Assembly: GCA_964489625.1 (NCBI GenBank)
Contig: CAZAZM010000011.1
Location: forward strand, 189-64,188
Length of the DNA: 64,000 nucleotides
Source: an uncultured Flavobacteriaceae bacterium
Lineage (GTDB): Bacteria; Bacteroidota; Bacteroidia; Flavobacteriales; Flavobacteriaceae
Reading direction: 5' to 3'
Shown here: positions 9,267 to 21,448 of the stretch, piece by piece
Layout: the number at the start of each line of letters is the position of its first letter
Numbering within the stretch: the stretch's first letter is position 1
The notes under the pieces: model-generated
Seen by the model: the letters and a program-made list of their open reading frames with translations, nothing else
What the model was told of the DNA's origin: nothing
Databases searched by the model: none
Program-made: the position numbers and the translations under genes

Positions 9267-10067
9267 ATGACGCATCACACAAAAAAATCGAGTTTCCTCT
9301 GGGAGCACATGACCTGGCCGGAAATAGAAGAATATCTAAAGAAAGTAGACACCGTCCTGCTCCCCTGCGGGGCCATTGAACAGCACGGGCCTCACCTTCC
9401 CGTCGACGTGGACTTCTTTGACGCCCGCTACATGGCCTACAAGGTGGCCGAGGCCTGCGAGGAACCCAGGCCTCTGGTATTGCCTACGGTCCCTTTTGGC
9501 GTTTCCTACCACCACGACGACTTCAAGGGAACCCTGAGCGTCACCAACGACGCCCTGTCCAAGTTCATCTATGACATCGGGATGAGCCTGGCGAAGAACG
9601 GGGTGAGAAAGATCATCATACTGAACGGGCACGGGGACAACGCCCCCACCCTGAGCTACGCGGCCCAGATGATCAACCGGGACGCCAAGATCTTCGTCTG
9701 CGTCGACACCGGGGAGACCAGTGACATCGACCTGTACAGGCTGATCGACACCCCGAACGACATTCACGCCGGTGAGATCGAGACCAGCACTACCCTTGCC
9801 CTGCGTCCGGACATGGTGCAGATGGACAAGGCAGTGAACGAGACCCTGAAATTCGGCAGCAAGTTCCTGGACTATGACAATGAGCGCAGCGTCAACTGGT
9901 ACGTGCACACCCACAAGATCTCGGAGAGCGGGGTCATGGGCGACGCGACCAAGGCCACCGCTGAAAAAGGCCGGAAGATGTGGGACCTGATGATCGAGCA
10001 CATGGTCCACTTCGTGGAGTCGATCAAGAACACCCCCATGGAAGAGATCTATCAAAAACGGTACTGA
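9267..10067 (+). CDS. Creatininase-family amidohydrolase
   Basis: GAIEQHGPHLPVDVD, NGHGDN, HAGEIETS metal and catalytic motifs. Confidence 0.9.
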   Translation: MTHHTKKSSFLWEHMTWPEIEEYLKKVDTVLLPCGAIEQHGPHLPVDVDFFDARYMAYKVAEACEEPRPLVLPTVPFGVSYHHDDFKGTLSVTNDALSKFIYDIGMSLAKNGVRKIIILNGHGDNAPTLSYAAQMINRDAKIFVCVDTGETSDIDLYRLIDTPNDIHAGEIETSTTLALRPDMVQMDKAVNETLKFGSKFLDYDNERSVNWYVHTHKISESGVMGDATKATAEKGRKMWDLMIEHMVHFVESIKNTPMEEIYQKRY

Positions 10068-11119
10068 TGAAGATCACCAAAGCCTCATACGAACGACTCG
10101 ACCTCAAGCTTCAGACCCCCTACACCATTGCCTACGAGACGGTATCAAGCGCCACCAACTTCATCCTGCGCCTGGAAACCGACAGCGGGCATACCGGCTT
10201 CGGCTGTTCGGCCCCGGACCCCCTCCTCACCGGATTGAACGAGCAGCAGGCCGAGCAGGTGATATCCGGCAAGGTGTTGCCCTTTCTGGAAGGCAGGGAT
10301 CCCTTTCAGTACGTTCGAATCCTGGAGGAACTCAAACAGGTGATCGGAAGCAGCCGCTCTGTGCTGGCCATGGCCGACATGGCTCTGCTCGACCTGGTCT
10401 CCAAGAAAGCCGGGGTCCCATTGTACAAGTACCTGGGCGGGTACAGGGATAGCATAGCCACCAGCATCACCATAGGGATCCTGCCCCTGTCAGACACCCT
10501 GGCGGAGGCCAGGGAGCACGTGAAAAAGGGTTTTTTCATACTCAAGCTGAAAGGAGGCATTTCCGTGGAGGAAGACATTGAAAAATTGATCCGGCTCAGG
10601 GAAGAGTTCCCGAAGGTCATCTTGCGCTTCGACGGCAACCAGGGCTACAGCCAGGAAGATTCCCTTGCCTTTGTCAGCGGCACCCAGCAAGTGGGCATAG
10701 AGATCTTCGAGCAGCCCACACGAACCGACGAAGAGAGCAAGCTGGGTTGGGTAACTCAGAAGGTTGACATTCCCGTAATGGCGGACGAGAGTCTCAAAAC
10801 CCTTTCCGACACTTTCCGACTCGCCCGCCACGAAAGAATAGACATGATCAACATCAAGCTCATGAAGGTGGGAGGCATCATGGAGGCCCTGCACATCAAT
10901 TCGGTGGCGAAATCGGCCGAACTGGAGGCCATGGTCGGCTGCATCGACGAATGCGGACTGGGCATTTCAGCCGGGTTGCATTTTGCACTTAGCAGACCTA
11001 ACATTGAGTACGCCGACCTGGACGGTCACCTGGAAATGGAAAACGACCCCTTCACCGACCTCTTCGATCTGAAGAATGGAATCCTGTACCCCAGGGAGGT
11101 GCCCGGCCTGGGTATTTAG
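10067..11119 (+). CDS. Enolase-superfamily L-Ala-D/L-Glu epimerase / DgcA-like racemase
   Basis: KLK, RFDGNQG, FEQP, MADES, NIKLMKVGG, YADLDG (DxD). Real start ATG 10067 overlaps the upstream stop (TGATG); the track extends it spuriously to 9980. Confidence 0.9.
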   Translation: MKITKASYERLDLKLQTPYTIAYETVSSATNFILRLETDSGHTGFGCSAPDPLLTGLNEQQAEQVISGKVLPFLEGRDPFQYVRILEELKQVIGSSRSVLAMADMALLDLVSKKAGVPLYKYLGGYRDSIATSITIGILPLSDTLAEAREHVKKGFFILKLKGGISVEEDIEKLIRLREEFPKVILRFDGNQGYSQEDSLAFVSGTQQVGIEIFEQPTRTDEESKLGWVTQKVDIPVMADESLKTLSDTFRLARHERIDMINIKLMKVGGIMEALHINSVAKSAELEAMVGCIDECGLGISAGLHFALSRPNIEYADLDGHLEMENDPFTDLFDLKNGILYPREVPGLGI

Positions 11120-11129
11120 ATTAAATTGG

Positions 11130-11137
11130 TATATTTA
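11130..11137 (+). promoter_or_regulatory. Possible -7 box TATATTTA for corA-mscS
   Basis: One-mismatch TAnnTTTG in the 56-nt gap. Confidence 0.35.
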
Positions 11138-11175
11138 AAGTGTAACATGCTAAATGCGCCAATAAATCAATCGGG

Positions 11176-12270
11176 ATGTCTATAAAAGCCAAGATGTCGT
11201 TAAAAAGACGGTTCAAACGATCCAGCCGGTCAAAAAAGAAAGGATTGGCTCCGGGATCAGTCGTCTATATAGGCTTAAAGGGAGACAATGACCTCAAGAT
11301 CGACCTGGTAAGATACAATCAGGACAGCTATGAAGAAGCTTCTTTCAATTCGGTAGAACCTTACGAAACGGTACTGGACCCCTCACATGTGAACTGGCTC
11401 ACCTGGAACGGTCTCAACCGGGTTCAGGAGATCGAATCCGTCGGTCATCAAATGGGAATCTCCGTCCTGGACATAGAGGACATCGTCAACACGGCCCAGC
11501 GACCGGCGCTGCACGTGTCCGATCATTACCTGGTGCTGATCATGAAGATGTTGAGTTTCGACAATGAGCTCCTGCTTGGCAGGGAACACATCAGCTTCGT
11601 GTTGTTCAAAGGCTCACTCCTTGTTTTTCACGAGAGCGAGCAGGACGAATTCCCTACTGTTAAAAAACGTATGCAGTCGAAGACCGGGCGCATTCGCAGC
11701 CGTGGTGCCGACTACCTGCTCTTCGCCCTCATGGACTCCATCGTGGACAACTACTTCCACCTGATGGAAACCATGGCCGACAAGGTGGAAGCCCTGGAAG
11801 ACAAGATCTTCGAAGGAAAGGAAAGTGACGATGTGACCAATGAGATCCAGATCCTGAAAAAGGAGATTCTCAGAATACGCCGGGCCATTAACCCCCTTTC
11901 AGAGATCACGAGCCGTTTGGACAGAATGAGCAATGATCTGCTCAGCCAGGAAACCCGGGAGTTCATGAAAGACCTGCACGAGCACGTGGCCCAGGTGGTG
12001 GAATCGGTGGAAATGAACCGTGAGATGATCTGGGGTCTCATGGACATGCACATGTCCCTGATGAGCAACAAGATGAACGAGGTTATGAAAGTGCTAACCA
12101 TCATTTCGACCATCTTCATCCCCCTGTCCTTCATCGCGGGCGTATACGGGATGAACTTCGAGTACATGCCAGAGCTCAAATACCACAACGCCTATTTCAT
12201 CCTGCTTGGAGTGATGGTGCTGGTCATCCTGGGCATGCTTTACTATTTCAAGAGAAAGAAATGGCTATAA
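11176..12270 (+). CDS. corA: Magnesium/cobalt transporter CorA
   Basis: KKGLAPGSVVYIG N-terminus; two C-terminal TM helices with the YGMNF signature. Confidence 0.92.
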   Translation: MSIKAKMSLKRRFKRSSRSKKKGLAPGSVVYIGLKGDNDLKIDLVRYNQDSYEEASFNSVEPYETVLDPSHVNWLTWNGLNRVQEIESVGHQMGISVLDIEDIVNTAQRPALHVSDHYLVLIMKMLSFDNELLLGREHISFVLFKGSLLVFHESEQDEFPTVKKRMQSKTGRIRSRGADYLLFALMDSIVDNYFHLMETMADKVEALEDKIFEGKESDDVTNEIQILKKEILRIRRAINPLSEITSRLDRMSNDLLSQETREFMKDLHEHVAQVVESVEMNREMIWGLMDMHMSLMSNKMNEVMKVLTIISTIFIPLSFIAGVYGMNFEYMPELKYHNAYFILLGVMVLVILGMLYYFKRKKWL

Positions 12271-12271
12271 T

Positions 12272-12772
12272 ATGACAACGGAAACCCAAATAATCCTGAC
12301 TGCGGCTCTTTTTGGCGCCATGCTCGCCATGATGTACCTCACCCGGCTGTCCTTGAGGAAATTCACCCTTCTCAGGTCGATCGACGTCAACCGGAGAAAG
12401 GTCATTTTGAACCTGATCTACTTCTCGATCTATATCCTGACCTTTATCCTTTTGGGAATCATCTGGGGCGTGAACATGAACCAGCTGACCCTTTTCGTGT
12501 CTTCGGTGCTTGCCGTTCTCGGGGTTGGGTTCTTCGCCCAGTGGTCCATTCTGTCGAACCTGACCTCCAGCGTTATACTGTTCTTCAACCATCCCGTTCG
12601 GATCGGTGACCGGATCAGGATACTTGACAAGGACTTTGACCTTACCGGGGAGGTTACCGACATCTCGGGATTCTTCTTTTTCATGACCACGGACAAGGGG
12701 GAGCACATCACCCTGCCCAACAACCTGGTGATGCAGAAGGGCATTGAGCTGATCAAGGCCAAGGAGGAATGA
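12272..12772 (+). CDS. Short MscS-family mechanosensitive channel
   Basis: LSNLTSSVILFFNHPVRIGDRI, then the beta domain; lacks the distal C-terminal alpha/beta domain (166 aa). Confidence 0.85.
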   Translation: MTTETQIILTAALFGAMLAMMYLTRLSLRKFTLLRSIDVNRRKVILNLIYFSIYILTFILLGIIWGVNMNQLTLFVSSVLAVLGVGFFAQWSILSNLTSSVILFFNHPVRIGDRIRILDKDFDLTGEVTDISGFFFFMTTDKGEHITLPNNLVMQKGIELIKAKEE

Positions 12773-13546
12773 TCACTTCACCTCGACCTCTGCCCCGCAA
12801 TTGGGGCAGGTGCAGGTCCTCTTCTTTTTCTGGATCTTCTCGACAAATGCGGAGCTGATGATCCCCGTAGGAAGCGCCACGATACCAACCCCGATCAGTG
12901 CAATGGCCCCGCTCAGGATCTTTCCCATGGCAGTTACCGGGTAGACGTCCCCATAGCCCACGGTTGTCAGGGTGGCCACCGCCCACCAGAAGGAATGGCC
13001 GATGCTGGCGAACTTGTCGGGCTGAACCTCTCCCTCGATATAGTACATGAGCGTCGAGGCCAGGACCAGCATGATGAAGGCTATGAACAGGGTTATGCCC
13101 AGCTCGGAACGGGTTTCCCTCAGCACGCTGCTGATCGTTTTCATGGACTTGGAGTACCTGCCCAGCTTGAAGATCCGGACCAGCCTGGTGATCCTGAGAA
13201 TCCGGACGACCCTGAGGTCAAACGGAAAGATCAGGGGCAGGTAAAAGGGTAGTATGGCGATCAGGTCGATCAGCCCGAAGGTGGAAAAGAAGAAGCCCAC
13301 CCTCTTGCGGAAGGAGCCCCCGGGATAGCGCTCATCCAGGTCAGAGGTCCAGAGTCGAAGCAGGTATTCAATGGTGAATACCACCACCGAGAAGAGCTCG
13401 AAAGCGTCCAGGAACCAGGTGTTCATCTCCCTTACCTCCTTGTAGGAACCGATTATCAGCGAGACCACGTTCAGAATGATCAGCCCGTAGATGAACCGGA
13501 TGAAACCGGGGTTGTGCTCAATGAAGTCGTAGATTCTTTTTTTCAT
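12773..13546 (-). CDS. Voltage-gated K+ channel-like ion transporter (6TM)
   Basis: Arg-rich S4 LRVVRILRITRLVRIFKLGR, filter TLTTVGYGD, C-terminal CTCPNCG. Confidence 0.9.
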   Translation of the reverse strand: MKKRIYDFIEHNPGFIRFIYGLIILNVVSLIIGSYKEVREMNTWFLDAFELFSVVVFTIEYLLRLWTSDLDERYPGGSFRKRVGFFFSTFGLIDLIAILPFYLPLIFPFDLRVVRILRITRLVRIFKLGRYSKSMKTISSVLRETRSELGITLFIAFIMLVLASTLMYYIEGEVQPDKFASIGHSFWWAVATLTTVGYGDVYPVTAMGKILSGAIALIGVGIVALPTGIISSAFVEKIQKKKRTCTCPNCGAEVEVK

Positions 13547-13589
13547 GGGATTCGTCGATTAGAAGCCCCGTAAAAATAAAGAAAAGAAT

Positions 13590-13620
13590 AAAAAAACCTG
13601 ATAGAAAGCTCTATCAGGTT
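13590..13620 (-). terminator. Intrinsic terminator (10-bp stem plus U7)
   Basis: Minus strand AACCTGATAG-AGCTTT-CTATCAGGTT followed by a T-run. Confidence 0.7.
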
Positions 13621-13661
13621 CGGTCAGTTTCAAAACTTTCCCCCGAGTATTTTGAAACACA
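13590..13661 (-). ncRNA. Candidate two-hairpin small RNA or attenuator leader
   Basis: Perfect TAACTTTG box at 13665-13672 (minus), hairpin GTTTCAAAA..TTTTGAAAC (13627-13658), then a terminator; no credible ORF. Confidence 0.4.
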
Positions 13662-13797
13662 TGCCAAAGTTAAACAAAATATATTTTGTGAAAAAGACAC
13701 AATGAAAAAAAATAAGAATTTTTTCGCTTCATTTTTGAAACGGACAGAATCCGTATCTTTACAAAGCACTCGCAATGAGTCAAAAGGATCGTGAATC

Positions 13798-14730
13798 ATG
13801 AAGAAATACCACAACCTGGGGGAGCTACTCGTCGATTACCGAAAGGAGAACGATCTTTCCCAGTCCGACTTTGCGGCTCAGATGAACGTGGACGTTAGAA
13901 CGGTTCAGCGCTGGGAAAAAGACGAGACGCTGGTCAAACCGGAAAAGGAAAAGGAGCTTGCGGATGATACCCTCCTGCCCTATCAGCTGATCCGGAACCT
14001 CAACGCGGCTACCCCAATTCCAACATTCTATGACTTCAGGATCCGGAAATACTCGCTGACCCGCCTCAACAACGAATTGCCGGATGCGGATTGGTTCAAG
14101 GAGAGGATCGATGAGCTCTCGAACAGAACGCGGTACATAGATCCTGACAAGGACATAGAGATCCTGCGCAGGGACCTCAGGACGCAGAAAATGGGAGAGA
14201 CCCCGCTGAGGCTGGACCTTTTGAAAAGGGCCCAGGAGCTGCTCCCTGAGCTGAACCTGATCATCATGGATCGGTTCAACAATTATTCGGGTCACAGCAT
14301 TTTCTTCCCGATCAGCTCACTTTGCCACAGGAAACTGGTGCGTCGTGAAATGCGGCCGGACCAGATCCGGGCGGAGGACCTGGTGAATTACCGAAACCGG
14401 GAGCGACCGGTTTTCCTGAACTATGACATCACGGCGGACTCCAATGACAACATCTTCTTCCTGGCCCACCAGATCCTGAAGTTCTTCGTCGAACTGCCGA
14501 CAGATGATTACGTATTCTGCAGTTTCACCTCGAGATACGACTCTTACAGGCTCAACAATCAGATGCAACTGGATTTGGTCTGGGAGGACGAGGCGGAGAA
14601 AGATGCCCTGGGACTGGAATACCATCCCAGGTTCTATGAAGGGAACCTCAACTCCTATCTGTCAGACCTGAGGGATCAGGGTTACGATTCTTTTACCCGT
14701 TACAACAACCAGGGCTTCGGGCAGCTTTAG
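13798..14730 (+). CDS. XRE-family HTH transcriptional regulator with an unrecognised C-terminal domain
   Basis: LSQSDFAAQMNVDVRTVQRWEK HTH at the N-terminus; about 240 aa unassigned; TATCTTTA box at 13754-13761. Confidence 0.8.
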   Translation: MKKYHNLGELLVDYRKENDLSQSDFAAQMNVDVRTVQRWEKDETLVKPEKEKELADDTLLPYQLIRNLNAATPIPTFYDFRIRKYSLTRLNNELPDADWFKERIDELSNRTRYIDPDKDIEILRRDLRTQKMGETPLRLDLLKRAQELLPELNLIIMDRFNNYSGHSIFFPISSLCHRKLVRREMRPDQIRAEDLVNYRNRERPVFLNYDITADSNDNIFFLAHQILKFFVELPTDDYVFCSFTSRYDSYRLNNQMQLDLVWEDEAEKDALGLEYHPRFYEGNLNSYLSDLRDQGYDSFTRYNNQGFGQL

Positions 14731-14744
14731 ATCACAAGGCAGCC

Positions 14745-15857
14745 TCAGGACATAACTTTTTTCAGGGCATTGCCGAAGAGCTCCATCTCCTGCATGGTGC
14801 CAGTGCTGATGCGGCACCAGTCCAGCATCGGAGGAAATGGCCTTCCCACGAGCACGTTCTCTTTCAACATGTCCTCCATGAGTTCCTGTATGGGTCGTCC
14901 CGTTTTGAAGAAAACGAAATTGGTATGCGAGGGAATGTACTCGAGTCCCATGTCACCCAGGGTCTTGTACAGGTATTGTTTGGCCTCGGCATTTTTGGCA
15001 ATGCTGAATTTGTAGAATTCATCATCCTCGAGCGCTCCCTGCGCCCCGGCAATGGCCAGCACGTTGGTGTTTGCCATCACGGCGGACTTCAAACGACTCG
15101 CTATGTCAGGCCGCGCGATGAGGTAGCCCACCCTGAGCCCGGCAAGCCCGTACACTTTTGAGAAGGTTTTGGAAACGATCACGTTCCTGCCTTCTTTCAC
15201 AAACTCCACCATGGAGGGGTAGTCGGGTTCCGTGATGAAATCGTAATAGGCCTCATCACTGAAAATCACCGCCTGCTTGTCATGAGAGCTGATGAAGTCC
15301 CTGAGGGAGTCCTTGTCGAGCAGGGTCCCGGTCGGGTTGTTCGGGTTGCAGATGAAGATCAACCTCGTCCTGCTGGTCACGCGGCGCGACATGGCTTCCA
15401 GGTCATGCTCCATCCGGTCATTGACCCTGACCCTGTGCACATAGGCTCCAAAGGTCTCTGCATAGGTCAGCAGGGACTGAAAGGTGGGGTCCGCAGCAAT
15501 GATCTCTCCCCCGTCCATTCCGTAGAGCAGCCCGGTGGCCTTGAGCCCTTCCGTGGAACCGCCCGTGATCACCACATGATCTTTGGTCACGCCTTCTTTC
15601 TCTGCGATCTTCTCTACGAGGCCCGAAAGCACCCTGAAGGGATATCTGCAAGCCAGGTCGAAATTGTCCGTGAGCACCTTCTGCATATTGACTGACGGAC
15701 TGAAGGGATTCTCGTTCGCGTTGAGCTGTATGGGTCCGGCTGTGGGAAGAGGCCTGGTTTTCACCTCTTTGGCAACGGCATCAAGCCCTCCTAAAAAAAT
15801 AAAGCCGCTCGACAGTCCGGCGGTTTTTAGCCAATTTCTTCGATCCAGGGTTCTCAT
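14745..15857 (-). CDS. HisC-like class I/II PLP aminotransferase with a twin-arginine signal peptide
   Basis: MRTLDRRNWLKTAG Tat motif; LNANENP, CNPNNPTG, DEAY, SKTFSKVYGLAGLRVGY. Confidence 0.85.
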   Translation of the reverse strand: MRTLDRRNWLKTAGLSSGFIFLGGLDAVAKEVKTRPLPTAGPIQLNANENPFSPSVNMQKVLTDNFDLACRYPFRVLSGLVEKIAEKEGVTKDHVVITGGSTEGLKATGLLYGMDGGEIIAADPTFQSLLTYAETFGAYVHRVRVNDRMEHDLEAMSRRVTSRTRLIFICNPNNPTGTLLDKDSLRDFISSHDKQAVIFSDEAYYDFITEPDYPSMVEFVKEGRNVIVSKTFSKVYGLAGLRVGYLIARPDIASRLKSAVMANTNVLAIAGAQGALEDDEFYKFSIAKNAEAKQYLYKTLGDMGLEYIPSHTNFVFFKTGRPIQELMEDMLKENVLVGRPFPPMLDWCRISTGTMQEMELFGNALKKVMS

Positions 15858-15895
15858 AAGGTCAAGTGTTTGATTTGTTCCGAACTAAATGTACG

Positions 15896-15927
15896 AAAAA
15901 AAATGCCAGCGCCGGAGCGCTGGCATT
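15896..15927 (-). terminator. Intrinsic terminator (perfect 11-bp stem, U8)
   Basis: AATGCCAGCGC-cgga-GCGCTGGCATT at 15902-15927 with an A-run at 15896-15903. Confidence 0.75.
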
Positions 15928-16053
15928 CGAAACAAAACTTGTACTAATTTAAAAATAAATTAGAAGATACGTTCCAAAAGTCCAAAGCATATGTTACCTG
16001 GTCGTGTAGTCAACATTAAGTTTTGGTAAAAATTCCCGCCTCCGTCCTGCCGT

Positions 16054-16185
16054 TCACCTGACCACGGTAAGTTGCCTGAACTCCTCTCCCACGTTGATCT
16101 TTTCCGCCGTAAGGTCCATCAACAGGTGTATCCAGTCCGGGTTCTCCACCAGTTCCTTTTCGATGTAGATCATCATGGGATCCAT
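16054..16185 (-). CDS. Small hypothetical protein (43 aa), below the track cut-off
   Basis: My translation is MDPMMIYIEKELVENPDWIHLLMDLTAEKINVGEEFRQLTVVR; C/G-ending codons as in neighbouring genes; terminator downstream. Confidence 0.5.
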   Translation of the reverse strand: MDPMMIYIEKELVENPDWIHLLMDLTAEKINVGEEFRQLTVVR

Positions 16186-16309
16186 AGTGAATGATTTTCT
16201 TTGACATCAAAGTAAAGCTATTGTCTGCGATGTGACAATGACCCCGGTCAAGAACTTGATTGACCACGATCATATGCTTTGAATAATTCTTCCAATGGCG
16301 TACATTTAG

Positions 16310-20483
<4,174 letters not shown>

Positions 20484-20498
20484 ACTTAACGCATTTGT

Positions 20499-21041
20499 TT
20501 ATTCATAATCTGCAGCCATAGGATCGAACACGCCCGAAAACTCCGAGTCGAAGGCCTCGAGCACCCTGAGGTTCACAGAGTTCCTCTTGATAAGCCCGTC
20601 CGGGCGCAGCAGGTACTTCTCCAGGGAGCCCCTGGAGTCGGGCTGCCTCATCCCGTTCCAATAGATCTTCTCTTCAAAGTCCGGGAAAGTGATCTGCTGT
20701 AGTCTCACCCGGTAGCTGTCCGAAAAGAAGTCCACCACCAGGAAGGCCCTGTACTCATGCTGTGCGTATTCGGGCAGATTGTAGCCTGGAAGCCTAGAGG
20801 CACCAGTGATTGCAGAGGTCCCAAATTTCAAGATGTCCAGCTCTGCCGTGAATTCATTCGATTTCAGCATCCTGTCCAGCTCTTCCTTGTCCTCCAGGGG
20901 ATAGTGCTTCTGCCAGACCAGCTTGTGACCCATCACATACCAGTTCCCGATCGAGTCCGTCGGTGAAACCTGGGCAAACGACTCAAGGCTGAGCAGGATC
21001 ACAAGGCATGTCAGAAATCGGTTCACAAATGAGTTTCTCAT
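20499..21041 (-). CDS. Secreted hypothetical protein
   Basis: Signal-peptide-like [15 protein letters not shown]; ATGA overlap with the ferredoxin stop; coding-type codon use. Confidence 0.7.
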   Translation of the reverse strand: MRNSFVNRFLTCLVILLSLESFAQVSPTDSIGNWYVMGHKLVWQKHYPLEDKEELDRMLKSNEFTAELDILKFGTSAITGASRLPGYNLPEYAQHEYRAFLVVDFFSDSYRVRLQQITFPDFEEKIYWNGMRQPDSRGSLEKYLLRPDGLIKRNSVNLRVLEAFDSEFSGVFDPMAADYE

Positions 21042-21388
21042 TCCCGATGCATGAATCTTTGCTTGGCCATCAATTCCTCTTCCGTCTCAACATGATCGTC
21101 GTCCGGTACGCAACAGTCAACCGGGCAGACGGCAGCGCATTGCGGTTCGTCGTGAAACCCCTTGCACTCCGTGCATTTGTCCGGAACGATGAAGTAATAC
21201 TCATCGCTTACGGGCTCCTGCTCCTGGTCTGCATCGACAGAGTGCCCGTTGGGAAGAACAACCTGGCCGCTCAGGTCGGTGCCGTCGGCGTACTTCCACT
21301 CCTCTGCAGCCTCATAGATCGCCGTATTCGGACATTCGGGCTCGCAGGCCCCACAATTGATACATTCGTCTGTTATGATAATAGCCAT
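21038..21388 (-). CDS. 2[4Fe-4S] ferredoxin (YfhL-like, Bacteroidota insert type)
   Basis: [12 protein letters not shown] and [22 protein letters not shown]. Confidence 0.92.
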   Translation of the reverse strand: MAIIITDECINCGACEPECPNTAIYEAAEEWKYADGTDLSGQVVLPNGHSVDADQEQEPVSDEYYFIVPDKCTECKGFHDEPQCAAVCPVDCCVPDDDHVETEEELMAKQRFMHRE

Positions 21389-21399
21389 TGGATTTTTAC

Positions 21400-21419
21400 T
21401 AAATTTGCGATCAAATATA
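21400..21419. promoter_or_regulatory. Interlocked -7 boxes: TAAATTTG (+, 21400-21407) and TATATTTG (-, 21412-21419)
   Basis: Two exact TAnnTTTG matches in the 60-nt gap between divergent genes. Confidence 0.6.
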
Positions 21420-21448
21420 AGCTTTCCACCTAAACTTTCCTATGCGGC

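Noticed and set aside
13614-13814. 66-aa minus ORF upstream of the K+ channel
   Set aside because: AT-rich with non-coding-like codons, overlaps the XRE start and promoter boxes; the RNA-structure explanation fits better
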